DNA of 60,012 nucleotides from IMG/VR virus record IMGVR_UViG_3300021956_000015, positions 1 to 60,012 of that record, one strand, 5' to 3'. The DNA comes from a virus. Taxonomy: Duplodnaviria; Caudoviricetes. A program made the translations under genes and the position numbers. Positions 1-8,733 of the stretch are shown here, piece after piece (position 1 is the first letter of the stretch; the number at the start of each line of letters is the position of its first letter). Below the pieces are notes generated by a model, which saw nothing but the letters and a program-made list of their open reading frames with translations, ran no database searches and was not told the origin of the DNA.

Positions 1-140
1 TCATGGCGTCCATTCCGGTGCCGGTCCCCTGGATCATCCGCAGCCGCTCCATGTCCATGAACGGAGCATCACGGCGGGCCTCTTCAATGAGGCGCCGGAT
101 GAACTCCAGGTTGGCGATGGCGGCATCCATACAAGCGAAA
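1..140. repeat. Terminal direct repeat, left copy (assembly overlap of a circular contig)
   Basis: 1-140 equals 59873-60012 except T14 vs C59886. Confidence 0.97.
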
Positions 141-172
141 AGCCTCTGACCCAGTTGCCCAGGTCAGAGGCT
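137..172 (-). terminator. Intrinsic terminator after capsid genes
   Basis: Stem agcctctgacc (141-151) / ggtcagaggct (162-172), followed by TTTT on the minus strand. Confidence 0.7.
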
Positions 173-200
173 CCCCCCTTAGCCCCCAGAAGGGCAAGTA

Positions 201-755
201 TCAGCTGCGAACGAGGTTGACGACGGCGAGGACGTTCTGGGCGGTGGTGCCCGCCGAGATCGCCCGGCCGATGTAGCCGTTCTGCATGAACGTGGCAGCC
301 GCCGTCTGGGCCTGGCCAGCCGTGGTGGACGCCGTGCTGGCAGCGGCCGTGAGGGCCACCAGCGTGGTGTCAGCCGCGGCCTGGAGGTCCGGGCCGAGCT
401 TGACTTCGGTCGGCCCCTGGACGGTCAGCCAGAAGACGTCGTTGGCAGCCACGCCGCTGGACGGAAGCCACTCGTCCACCACCCCAGCCGAGGCGGCGTC
501 GGTGAGGCGGGTGTAACCGTCCACCTCCGAGAAGCTGCCAGACTTCCACGTGACGACACGCTTGGGAAGCAGCGACACCCCGGACAGGTTCCGGACGGCG
601 ATGCAAATCTTCCGGCGGTTCGACCGCACCTTGCCGGTGGTCGGATCGACGTCAGGGAACTCCTTGACGGCGCCAACCCAGCTGCCGCCGTCCGCGGTGG
701 ACGTCACGCCGAGGGTCTGGCCGAGCGGGAACGGAGGATCATTCAGCAGAGACAT
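201..755 (-). CDS. Putative capsid decoration/cement protein
   Basis: 184 aa, directly downstream of the major capsid gene, GGAG RBS, A/T/G/V-rich. Confidence 0.6.
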   Translation of the reverse strand: MSLLNDPPFPLGQTLGVTSTADGGSWVGAVKEFPDVDPTTGKVRSNRRKICIAVRNLSGVSLLPKRVVTWKSGSFSEVDGYTRLTDAASAGVVDEWLPSSGVAANDVFWLTVQGPTEVKLGPDLQAAADTTLVALTAAASTASTTAGQAQTAAATFMQNGYIGRAISAGTTAQNVLAVVNLVRS

Positions 756-771
756 TCTTCACTCCTTGGGA

Positions 772-1884
772 TCAGGCCGCGTAGCTCTTCCACTTGATGA
801 AGTTCCGCGGGCTCTTGAACTTGAGATTGCCCAGCGTGCTCACCACATACCTATAGCTGTTGCTGATTTCGTCGTAGAACGGTCCCTCGCTGTTGAACAT
901 CTGCCCCTCCATGTTGAGGAGTTCGATGTTGCCGATGGAAAGCCCGTACGCCGTGTTGGCCGGGACACCGTACTCGGTGCCAACCTCCACACCGTCGAAC
1001 TCCACCGTGGTGAAGCCCAGCGACTTCAGCCCGTTCTCCTTGGTGACGATGAACCGCTGCTTGTCGTCATAGGCGTTGAGGAAGTCGGTGTACAACTTCC
1101 GGTCCATGACGATCAGGTCGATGGAGTCCTCCTTGGTGTCGTTCCGCTTGGCCGTGTGGAGGCCCTCGCGGAGCGCCTTGATGCAGTTCGACGCCCAGGT
1201 GCTCGCACCGAAGTAGCTGCTGGTCATGTTGACCAGGATCGGCGAGTAGAAGTCGTACTCACTGTCAGCCTTGCCGTAGGGCCAGACGCCTTCCAGCTGC
1301 GAGCCACCGTACGCACCGAGCGCCGTCGAAAGGCCGGCGTAGGAGTCGTTGGGGAACGCGAACGGGTCCAGGGCGCTCGCCGAGCCGCGGTCGCCACCGC
1401 TGGTCACGTTGACCGTGTTGGTGGCGCCCATGAAGGACTCCAGGCCGTGGTAGCGCAGCTCGTTGCCGGCCGCATTACCATCGATCCATACCTCCTGGCT
1501 GAGGTACTGTTCGATGCTGGTCAGGAGCCGCGAGGCCATCTTGCCAGCGACGTTGATAAGCGCGCTGGTGCCACGGTTCTCAAGCATCTCTTTGCGGTAC
1601 AGGACGTCAGTCGCTTGGTAACCACGGTAGTCAAGGGTCGCATTCTTCCAGAGGTTCTGGCGGCTGAAGGAACGCGGAGTCTCCCCGTTGTTCCCGGTCG
1701 GCTTATGCAGCCGGTACGACACCTCCCAGTCCACGCCGCGCCCGGCCATGTTCATCCGGACGTTGCCGCGCTGTTCGATGGCGGCAAGCACCATGTAACG
1801 CCGGAGGCTGGCAACTTCCTCTTCGCGGAGGTAGTTGACAATCGATGTTGCAATGGATCGCGCGAAGTCAGTCGTACTGGGCAT
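772..1884 (-). CDS. Major capsid protein
   Basis: 370 aa between scaffold-like and decoration-like genes; GLESF, FDGVEV and GNLKFKSPR segments typical of HK97-fold coats. Confidence 0.85.
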   Translation of the reverse strand: MPSTTDFARSIATSIVNYLREEEVASLRRYMVLAAIEQRGNVRMNMAGRGVDWEVSYRLHKPTGNNGETPRSFSRQNLWKNATLDYRGYQATDVLYRKEMLENRGTSALINVAGKMASRLLTSIEQYLSQEVWIDGNAAGNELRYHGLESFMGATNTVNVTSGGDRGSASALDPFAFPNDSYAGLSTALGAYGGSQLEGVWPYGKADSEYDFYSPILVNMTSSYFGASTWASNCIKALREGLHTAKRNDTKEDSIDLIVMDRKLYTDFLNAYDDKQRFIVTKENGLKSLGFTTVEFDGVEVGTEYGVPANTAYGLSIGNIELLNMEGQMFNSEGPFYDEISNSYRYVVSTLGNLKFKSPRNFIKWKSYAA

Positions 1885-1887
1885 GGT

Positions 1888-2886
1888 TTAGATCACTCCG
1901 TCCTTAACGAGTTGGCCCCGTAGTTGTTCCTCAAACGAACGCTTGGGCTTGGGAGCCCTGGGCTCCGTTGCCCCACCGCTCCTGCTGGGCGCACGCGTGG
2001 CACGCTCCCGCAGGAACTGCATGTTCGACTGCTCAACAGGCGACGGGGCAGGGGCCGGCGGCTCCATCGGAGCCATCTGCGGCGGCTGCGCCATCATCTG
2101 CTGATATCGCAGGTTCAGCAGGTCGCGCTCCAGCATGCTGGTGGCGTAAACCCACCGGGCCTGCGGATCAGCGATACCTGACCGAGCTGCTTGATCGATG
2201 TACTGCTGGATGGCGCGACCCTCGTTGGAGACGCTGCCGTCCGGGTTGTACAGCCAGTCGGAGTTCTGCTGCTCCAATGATTGCACGTAGTTTTGTGTGG
2301 TGTACTGGCCGAGATGCTGCTGGACGATCTCTTGGGCCTTCTGCTGGACCAGGTCCTCAACGAACGGCTTGAGGGTGCCTTCCGGGTCCGTGACGAACTT
2401 CTTGGCGAACTGCGCCGTGTAGGCCTGGTAGGACTTGATGGCGGCCTGAGCGTCGAACGGGGCGTCCTGGGCGATGACCTCACGGCCAGTCTCAGGGTCC
2501 CGGACGATGTACTGCTTCCACTCGTCCTTGACCTGCGGAGGGTCCCACCACTTGGGCTTCTCCTGCGGCTTGGGCTGCTGGGCCTGCTGCTGAGCAGCCT
2601 GCCACTGGCGGAACTGGTCGGCGTTGCGAGCGTACTCCGACGCGTACTCCTGGTACTGGCGAAGCTGCTGCTGGGCCTGACCGAAGCCCTGGTATGTCTG
2701 GTACAGGTTCCGGGCGATGGCCAGGTCATCCTGGCCGCGGAACTCTGGCAGAGACTTGAACGCGTCATAGACGCTGCCTTGCGGCTGCGATGACGGTTGC
2801 GATTCAGGCGAGTTGTCAACGATCTGCGGGGCCGAAGTTGCCTCAGGCGCCTCAGGGGCCGGAGACTGCTGTACTTCGTCGCTCAT
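1888..2886 (-). CDS. Capsid scaffolding protein
   Basis: Q/P/A-rich helical 332 aa with acidic disordered N-terminus, immediately upstream of the capsid gene. Confidence 0.7.
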   Translation of the reverse strand: MSDEVQQSPAPEAPEATSAPQIVDNSPESQPSSQPQGSVYDAFKSLPEFRGQDDLAIARNLYQTYQGFGQAQQQLRQYQEYASEYARNADQFRQWQAAQQQAQQPKPQEKPKWWDPPQVKDEWKQYIVRDPETGREVIAQDAPFDAQAAIKSYQAYTAQFAKKFVTDPEGTLKPFVEDLVQQKAQEIVQQHLGQYTTQNYVQSLEQQNSDWLYNPDGSVSNEGRAIQQYIDQAARSGIADPQARWVYATSMLERDLLNLRYQQMMAQPPQMAPMEPPAPAPSPVEQSNMQFLRERATRAPSRSGGATEPRAPKPKRSFEEQLRGQLVKDGVI

Positions 2887-2958
2887 GCTTTCCTCTCTGA
2901 CGGCAAAGGGGGTGCCTGAGGAAAGAGTGTCCGCATGCGTTGAATCGCAAACGGATTT

Positions 2959-3699
2959 TTACTGTGCGTACTGGAGGCGCGGCGCCGAAGCCGCCGGAGA
3001 GTTGAGGAGGCGACGGATGGCAACACCACTCTTGTCCTCAAGATAGGTGCGTGCGCCCGCCCCGTAACGCATCCTGTCCACGCCGCGCACCAGCGGGTTT
3101 CCAACAACATCCAGGCCAGGCATCGCAACGAAGTCAACGAACGCGCCCTTGACTGGGCCAAGCTCGCGATACATGCGGTCGTACGCCGGCTGGACTGGGT
3201 AGCCGACCTCAGGGAAGAGCGAGGCCGGCACGGCCATCGCAAGCCTGCTTGCTACTTCCGACGCAGGGCGAGGCGTGTCGCCATCGGACGAGAACGCTTC
3301 CATGGTGTGCATCAGTGCATGCTCAGGGGCGAGCATGGCCTGCATGAAGACGCTGCGGCTCTCCGGCTCTGACGCCGCCCACGCCGACGCGTTTGCGAGC
3401 CCTGATGCGTACTGCGCGCCAATCCCTCTTCCTGTTGCACCGTAGCGGTCCGCGAACCGCACGCCGTCGCGGATCGCCGCCTCCTGGTCTACCTCGCGCC
3501 CAGAGAGCCCGCCGTACCTTCCGCGTCGCATCAGCCTCTCGGACTGACGCTTCTGGGCGGCGATGTAGGCCAGCCGCTCAAGGTCCAGCGCTCGCTGATA
3601 TGATTCCAGGTCGGACGCGGTCGCCTTCGCGTCCTCGTACACGCGGCTGTTGTACGCCGCGTCGTCCTTCTGCAGTAGTGCTCGCCAGCGGAAGTCCAT
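2959..3699 (-). CDS. Hypothetical protein, possibly internal virion protein
   Basis: 246 aa ORF in tightly packed late operon. Confidence 0.7.
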   Translation of the reverse strand: MDFRWRALLQKDDAAYNSRVYEDAKATASDLESYQRALDLERLAYIAAQKRQSERLMRRGRYGGLSGREVDQEAAIRDGVRFADRYGATGRGIGAQYASGLANASAWAASEPESRSVFMQAMLAPEHALMHTMEAFSSDGDTPRPASEVASRLAMAVPASLFPEVGYPVQPAYDRMYRELGPVKGAFVDFVAMPGLDVVGNPLVRGVDRMRYGAGARTYLEDKSGVAIRRLLNSPAASAPRLQYAQ

Positions 3700-3702
3700 T
3701 GA

Positions 3703-4047
3703 TCAGCTCAGCAGCGAGCGAATCGCGGCGCCGTAGATGTCGGACTGAGTCTTCATCCGCATCAGCTCCTTCTCATGCTCCAGCCGGCGGGCCTCCCTCT
3801 CCTGGTTGACGCGGGACTGCATCTCGCCGGAGATGGCGCTGTTCAGCTGGTTCATCATGCCGTTCATCTGGCCGAAGTGCTGCTGCCCCGCCATCTGGGC
3901 GGTGACCGCAGGGTGCACGCCGACCATGGAGTCGATGGCGTTTCCGCGGGCACGCAGGTCGCTGTAGTACTGCTGCGCCCTGGCGATTCGCATTCGCTCC
4001 TGCTCTTGGCGAATCTCGTCCTGGACGTTGACGTTTTCTTCTGCCAT
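3703..4047 (-). CDS. Hypothetical Q/M-rich protein, possibly internal virion protein
   Basis: 114 aa, GGAGG RBS, ends AAIRSLLS. Confidence 0.75.
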   Translation of the reverse strand: MAEENVNVQDEIRQEQERMRIARAQQYYSDLRARGNAIDSMVGVHPAVTAQMAGQQHFGQMNGMMNQLNSAISGEMQSRVNQEREARRLEHEKELMRMKTQSDIYGAAIRSLLS

Positions 4048-4058
4048 GGTGTCCTCCG

Positions 4059-4838
4059 CTACTTAATGCCCTTTTTCCTCGCCCGGCGAATCGCCAGCTT
4101 CACAAGCTGTTCCGCGGCCAGGGAGGAGAATGGAATCAGCATCTTCTGCCGATCATGCTCCTCGCGGAGCCAGCCGACGATGGTCTGGATGTTTTGCTCG
4201 CACCAGTCGCAGCCCATGTGGTCCATGTAGCGTGCGCGACGCTCGCACTTGCACCCTTTGGCGGCCTTCAATCCCAGCCAGGACAACAGCGACTTCAACT
4301 CCGCCCCTGCGCCGCCTATGGACATGGCCATGGCGCTGACCATGGGCTTGCAAGCCGTTGTTTGAATGTCGTCAATGGAAGGGTTTTCGACAGTCGGCTC
4401 GGCGCCGCTGCAGGTGCAATCGCGGTCAACGCATCCATCGGCCGTGAGCTGCCACCCGGATTCTGTGTATATCCAATCGCATCCGTTGATGTTTGGGCAG
4501 CACGGATACTGGCGGCACTTGGAGTCACAGCAGTTGCCAACACAGAACACCGAATAGCCAAACATTTCCACGCTATTGCAGTAGGACTTCAAATACTCAA
4601 CGTAGTCCAAGACCGCCTGCAGTCCTCCGCACGTGACGTTTCCGGGATCGTTTGGGTCGTCGCAGCGAGTCGCGTTGTAGTCAGTAACCTTGAAGTACTT
4701 GATGCACCCCCACTCGCCGCCATCTGTCTGGCAATCGCCGTCCGGGGTGCCAGTTGGGTCGAAGCAGTATGAGCTGACCACGCACCATCGCTGGCACTGG
4801 GAAGAGTCGGAACATTGCTCGCAACAACGGCAAACCAT
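4059..4838 (-). CDS. Cysteine-rich hypothetical protein
   Basis: 259 aa with many Cys; C-terminal GAELK..CKC...GCDWC module; coupled to upstream gene. Confidence 0.75.
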   Translation of the reverse strand: MVCRCCEQCSDSSQCQRWCVVSSYCFDPTGTPDGDCQTDGGEWGCIKYFKVTDYNATRCDDPNDPGNVTCGGLQAVLDYVEYLKSYCNSVEMFGYSVFCVGNCCDSKCRQYPCCPNINGCDWIYTESGWQLTADGCVDRDCTCSGAEPTVENPSIDDIQTTACKPMVSAMAMSIGGAGAELKSLLSWLGLKAAKGCKCERRARYMDHMGCDWCEQNIQTIVGWLREEHDRQKMLIPFSSLAAEQLVKLAIRRARKKGIK

Positions 4839-5104
4839 CAGCAGTTCCAGGCTCGCCTGGCCTTCCGTAGCCGACTGTTAGGGTCTTTGGCAGCCTCTGG
4901 CCACATCTTCATCTGGCCAGCACTACGCGCGCAGAACGAGTCACGGCGTGGCCCACCTTCCGGCTGTGGCGGCTTGAGATTGCCGCCAGTCTCACGGTTG
5001 TAGGACGCTCGCCCCTTGGCGTTCAGGCCTCCGTCAGGGTCCTTGCCCTCGGCGCGCGTCCAGGCTGGGGATCGCAGCCGGCGGATGTTGTCCTCGGCGG
5101 CCAT
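4838..5104 (-). CDS. DUF6321-like conserved phage protein
   Basis: AWTRAEGK..GGLNAKGRASYN..SFCAR..KDPNSR..WNC pattern recognised from memory. Confidence 0.75.
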   Translation of the reverse strand: MAAEDNIRRLRSPAWTRAEGKDPDGGLNAKGRASYNRETGGNLKPPQPEGGPRRDSFCARSAGQMKMWPEAAKDPNSRLRKARRAWNC

Positions 5105-5157
5105 CAGTCCTCCATCCAGTCGTCGGAGTACAGGAAGTAGTAGGGGTTATCCATCAT
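5104..5157 (-). CDS. 17-aa micropeptide MMDNPYYFLYSDDWMED
   Basis: Start overlaps the upstream stop (ATGA) and stop overlaps the downstream start (TGATG). Confidence 0.5.
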   Translation of the reverse strand: MMDNPYYFLYSDDWMED

Positions 5158-5966
5158 TGGTCGTCCTCCATCAGGGCAGGCGCCATGAGTGGCGGGAGAA
5201 GGCCGTACTTGCGGAGGATTTGGATGCGATCCTCTCCTCCAGGGAAGATCACGTAGTTGCGAGTACCCTCGCCGGCTGTGCGCGAGTTGCCGTCGAAGTA
5301 CTTGAGCCCCGGGATTCCAGACCTGTACATGCGGCGAGACGCCTCCTGCATGGCGTCCCCAAAGCCACCAGGCGCGGCTGCCATGTACGCGTTCTTGCCA
5401 GTCCATCCTTCCTGGCCAAGCGTGAAGTGACGCGGAGCCGTTGCGAAGTGCCCAAGCGCCTCTCGGATCGCTGCCGGCTGGCCATCAACCGGCGCATCTA
5501 GGTCCAACAACGACTCCTCCGGGTATCCGATCTCCACCTCGTACATGTGGCCTGTCGGAACGGGAGGCAGCTCTTCCCCGGAACGCAAGTAATCCAGCGC
5601 GCCAAGGTTCAGCCGCGAGTCCAAGCTGTCCCTACCAAACATGCTGCTGTCGATTGTGTTCTGTATGGCCAAAGCCGCGTCATCTGCGTTTCCGCGACGA
5701 TGCACCCACATCGCAGCGCGCATGGCCGGGTCTGTCAGATCAACGCCTCTCCACCGCAGCGCGTCGCGATATCCGCTCGCCACATCCTCAGCTCCAGAGA
5801 AGTACAGGCCATGGCCAAACGCCTGTTCGCCCTCTCCAGTGCCGATCTTGCTGGCGTCAAACTTGGTGAAGCTGTGTGGGCTGCCGTGGTAGGCGCGGAT
5901 CGTCCCCCTGGCAGCGTCAGCAGCCTCCGCGATCAATCGGCGAACTGTGGACTCAGGCCCCGCCAT
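5154..5966 (-). CDS. ADP-ribosyltransferase-like protein (ART-PolyVal type)
   Basis: AYHGSPH-F-KFD-SKIGTGEG, GHGLYF, YEVEI, GIPGLKY..NYVIF motifs. Confidence 0.75.
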   Translation of the reverse strand: MAGPESTVRRLIAEAADAARGTIRAYHGSPHSFTKFDASKIGTGEGEQAFGHGLYFSGAEDVASGYRDALRWRGVDLTDPAMRAAMWVHRRGNADDAALAIQNTIDSSMFGRDSLDSRLNLGALDYLRSGEELPPVPTGHMYEVEIGYPEESLLDLDAPVDGQPAAIREALGHFATAPRHFTLGQEGWTGKNAYMAAAPGGFGDAMQEASRRMYRSGIPGLKYFDGNSRTAGEGTRNYVIFPGGEDRIQILRKYGLLPPLMAPALMEDDQ

Positions 5967-6270
5967 CGGCCCTCCTCACATCAGACCCACGCAGGATCAT
6001 GGCGATGTGCCGAACGTCGTTCCGCCAGGCATGCCAGTCGCACGCATGGCCGACGACGAAGTGACAGTCACGGCAGAATGTGATCAGGTTGGTGGGGTCC
6101 AGCTCGTCTCCGCCGGCATGCACCGGGTGGATGTGGTGGACCTCCAGGTCCGTGTCACGGCCGCAGCACTGGCACACCGCCTGGACGGCCAGGTGCTTCT
6201 TGCGGACCGTGGGCCAACGCCCGGAGCGGGCGAGTGCCTGGACGGTGTTCCAGAGGTAGGAGAGCATCAC
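5953..6270 (-). CDS. HNH endonuclease
   Basis: CQCC..EVHHI-P...NLITFCRDCH. Confidence 0.9.
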   Translation of the reverse strand: MMLSYLWNTVQALARSGRWPTVRKKHLAVQAVCQCCGRDTDLEVHHIHPVHAGGDELDPTNLITFCRDCHFVVGHACDWHAWRNDVRHIAMILRGSDVRRADGGA

Positions 6271-7682
6271 TCACCGTCCTGCATGAGGAGCGGGGCCATG
6301 ATGGCTGCGCCAACGCCTTGCTCAAGGAGGCGGCGTCGCATTTCGTCGGACATGATGTAGCGGCGGCCGGCTGTGGGCTGCGCATTATCAACAGCTTCAA
6401 CCCCTCTGTTGATTGCCTGCGTGCGCGCCGCGTGAGCTGCGGCCAACTCCCTGGCCTGCAAGTACATTTCGTTCATGCGTTCCGGACCTACGATGCCAGC
6501 AAGATCGGCCGCGATGTTGTCCAGCACGGTTTTGGCGCTTTCCGCTCCGTCATGGAAATGCCCGGCGTTTATGCGATGTGTCTGCCCGCCCAACATGGAC
6601 ATCAACACCCTTGCCCTGGCCTGCACAGCAGAAGCGCGATTGTCTAAGCCGGTCACATTTGAGCGGTTCACTATCTCGGAATAGGCCTCGTCCATGGCCT
6701 GCCTGTTGGTTGGGACCGGAGCGGGTGGCACCTCCTCCACAAGTCCACCCATCTTCCTGCCAAGTCTCTCCAGCGCGCCGGGAACCACCTTCCCGTAGAA
6801 GTGCTCGTAGTTGTCGATGTTGCCGCCCACCTTGTCAGCGATTGCCCTGGGAGCGGCGACTTCGATGGCGCGGTGGCCCTGGCGAGCGGCCTCCAGGGCG
6901 AGGCGTTTGATTAGGATGTCTGACCATGCGTCTTCAAGCGGGAATGGGAGTTCCGTCCCGGCCTCACGGCGAGCCAGCTCCAGGTCAACCGCCGGCATGT
7001 TTTCGGCGGCCTCCTGGTAGCCAGCCATGAACTCCCTCGCCTTGCGGTTGTGAATCCCCAGGTCTGACTGGAGTTCGTTGATCCGCAGGGCGTCGCCGTG
7101 GGTGTCGTAGCGGGCGTGGGCTACTGCGGAGTCTGCGCCACGCGGGTACGTGCCACCGTAACCGCCGCGCCAATGGCTGTTAAAATCACTCCCCCTCGCG
7201 CCTGGCTGTAGCAAGAGCAGTTCCGCGTAGTCGCTTCCGCCTTGCCCGTAGTCTGCGTACTGCGGGGAAGCTACTGATCGTCCCTGACCTATTGGGGACG
7301 GGGCGCCACCGCGCACTGCCACCATGTGCGGCGTGTCATCTTCGTAGTTATACGCACCTGGCACGTACTCCATCACTGGCCTGCCGCCAAGGATCGTCTC
7401 CTTGTGCGTGTAGACGGGGCTCAGTTGCTGGACGCGCCTGAGGATTTCTTCTCGCGGCACAACGTCGCGCCCGGCGACAAGCGAGTCCAGGTCAACGGCC
7501 TTCAGCTCCCAGCCCGGGACGCCTTCCTTGTGCCGCTTGAGGAGCCCCGGAAGCTCTTGCACGCGGACGTTCTCAGGCATGGCCTGGATAGCCCGCTCCA
7601 GGCGAGAGTAGATGCCAGGCCCCGGGTTGTAAGTCAGCAGGCCAGCGATCTTCCGGCCCATGGCGTCAAGCGTTGCCATCAC
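6267..7682 (-). CDS. Stand-alone large-polyvalent-protein-associated domain protein
   Basis: YSRLERAI, Y-ELLL, SHW, AHARY..LRINELQSD, PFP..W...IKRL motifs seen in phage polyvalent proteins. Confidence 0.6.
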   Translation of the reverse strand: MMATLDAMGRKIAGLLTYNPGPGIYSRLERAIQAMPENVRVQELPGLLKRHKEGVPGWELKAVDLDSLVAGRDVVPREEILRRVQQLSPVYTHKETILGGRPVMEYVPGAYNYEDDTPHMVAVRGGAPSPIGQGRSVASPQYADYGQGGSDYAELLLLQPGARGSDFNSHWRGGYGGTYPRGADSAVAHARYDTHGDALRINELQSDLGIHNRKAREFMAGYQEAAENMPAVDLELARREAGTELPFPLEDAWSDILIKRLALEAARQGHRAIEVAAPRAIADKVGGNIDNYEHFYGKVVPGALERLGRKMGGLVEEVPPAPVPTNRQAMDEAYSEIVNRSNVTGLDNRASAVQARARVLMSMLGGQTHRINAGHFHDGAESAKTVLDNIAADLAGIVGPERMNEMYLQARELAAAHAARTQAINRGVEAVDNAQPTAGRRYIMSDEMRRRLLEQGVGAAIMAPLLMQDGE

Positions 7683-8716
7683 TCATCCTCCGACGGCATG
7701 AGTGCTGGAACAGACAGCAGCCCACCGTTGCGGATGAAGTCTCGCAGCACCCAGGCTGGCGTCTCTCCCATTCGCAGCCCCTGTTCTGCGGCCGTCGCCT
7801 CAACGGCGTGCGGGAACGTGGGATCGCCAGACTCAACGCCAGTCACGTGCGCGCCGCCAATCCAGCGGGCTGACTGCAGCTCTGCCGGCGACAGCCCGGC
7901 CTGGTCCGCGAGCCGCTGCGCCATTCGTTCGGCCGCCACGTATTCATTGGGCGTGAGTTTTCCCTTGACGTACGCCTTCTCACGCGCGTTCCATTTCTGG
8001 GGAACGCCAAGCCGGGCTCCCTCATGTCGGTCGCCAGTCCATGGCATGAGATTGCCACGCAGGTCTTCCCGGAACGACAGGATTTTGTGCGACGCACCTG
8101 GCCGAGCGGCGCGATGCAGCTGATCTCCTGCGAGGAACCTGCTGGTCCACATCGCGTCGTTGATGCTGGCGACAGACCCATAGCCCTCCGGCGGCGGGTT
8201 GTCGGCAAGCCACGCCTCGGCAGCAGCCTTGGAGTCGATGTCCGGAGGCAGCAGCCCTTGCAGAGCCTTCTGCCGATACCAACTCGCCTTGCGGATGTTG
8301 GCCCGCACCGGGGCCGCAGAGGATGACCCGGCCACCATAGCGGTGAACAGGTCGAACTGGCGATTGCCCTCGTCTTCTCCAAGCTCCATGACGAACTGCT
8401 GGCGAAGCGGCTCGTTGTGATACCAGGTGTGTGCGCCCTGCTCCATGCCTCGCTCAACGTCGCGGAGAATAGTCCTCCTGCGGTTGGCAAACCCAGCCTG
8501 AACTTCGGATGGCGGGCGGCTTGTCTGATATCGAATAATCGGAGACTGCTCAACGCCCACCACCGGGGCAACGTCACGCATCGCCAGGAGGCTCAGTGCC
8601 GGAGGGCGGACCTCTCGCAGCCGGCGGATGCGAGCCAGAATCTCATCGGCCGATCTGGACGACGGGCGGACGGACCACTTGAGGACGTCGTCCGTGAGGG
8701 ATGCTGGATTAGCCAT
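7679..8716 (-). CDS. Putative helix-hairpin-helix DNA-glycosylase-like protein (DUF7178-like)
   Basis: WY..A-SS....-N...KI-SF-..L..T-DRH...Y......A...G-SPAELQS--W pattern. Confidence 0.5.
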   Translation of the reverse strand: MANPASLTDDVLKWSVRPSSRSADEILARIRRLREVRPPALSLLAMRDVAPVVGVEQSPIIRYQTSRPPSEVQAGFANRRRTILRDVERGMEQGAHTWYHNEPLRQQFVMELGEDEGNRQFDLFTAMVAGSSSAAPVRANIRKASWYRQKALQGLLPPDIDSKAAAEAWLADNPPPEGYGSVASINDAMWTSRFLAGDQLHRAARPGASHKILSFREDLRGNLMPWTGDRHEGARLGVPQKWNAREKAYVKGKLTPNEYVAAERMAQRLADQAGLSPAELQSARWIGGAHVTGVESGDPTFPHAVEATAAEQGLRMGETPAWVLRDFIRNGGLLSVPALMPSEDE

Positions 8717-8733
8717 ACAGACCAATGCCCGGT

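Noticed and set aside
1-140. End repeat as a biological terminal repeat
   Set aside because: It falls inside a gene and its length matches an assembler k-mer overlap
550-1923. Long plus-strand ORFs opposite real genes (also 31062-32648, 37357-38787, 51970-53445)
   Set aside because: Antisense shadows typical of GC-rich DNA, with no motifs or RBS
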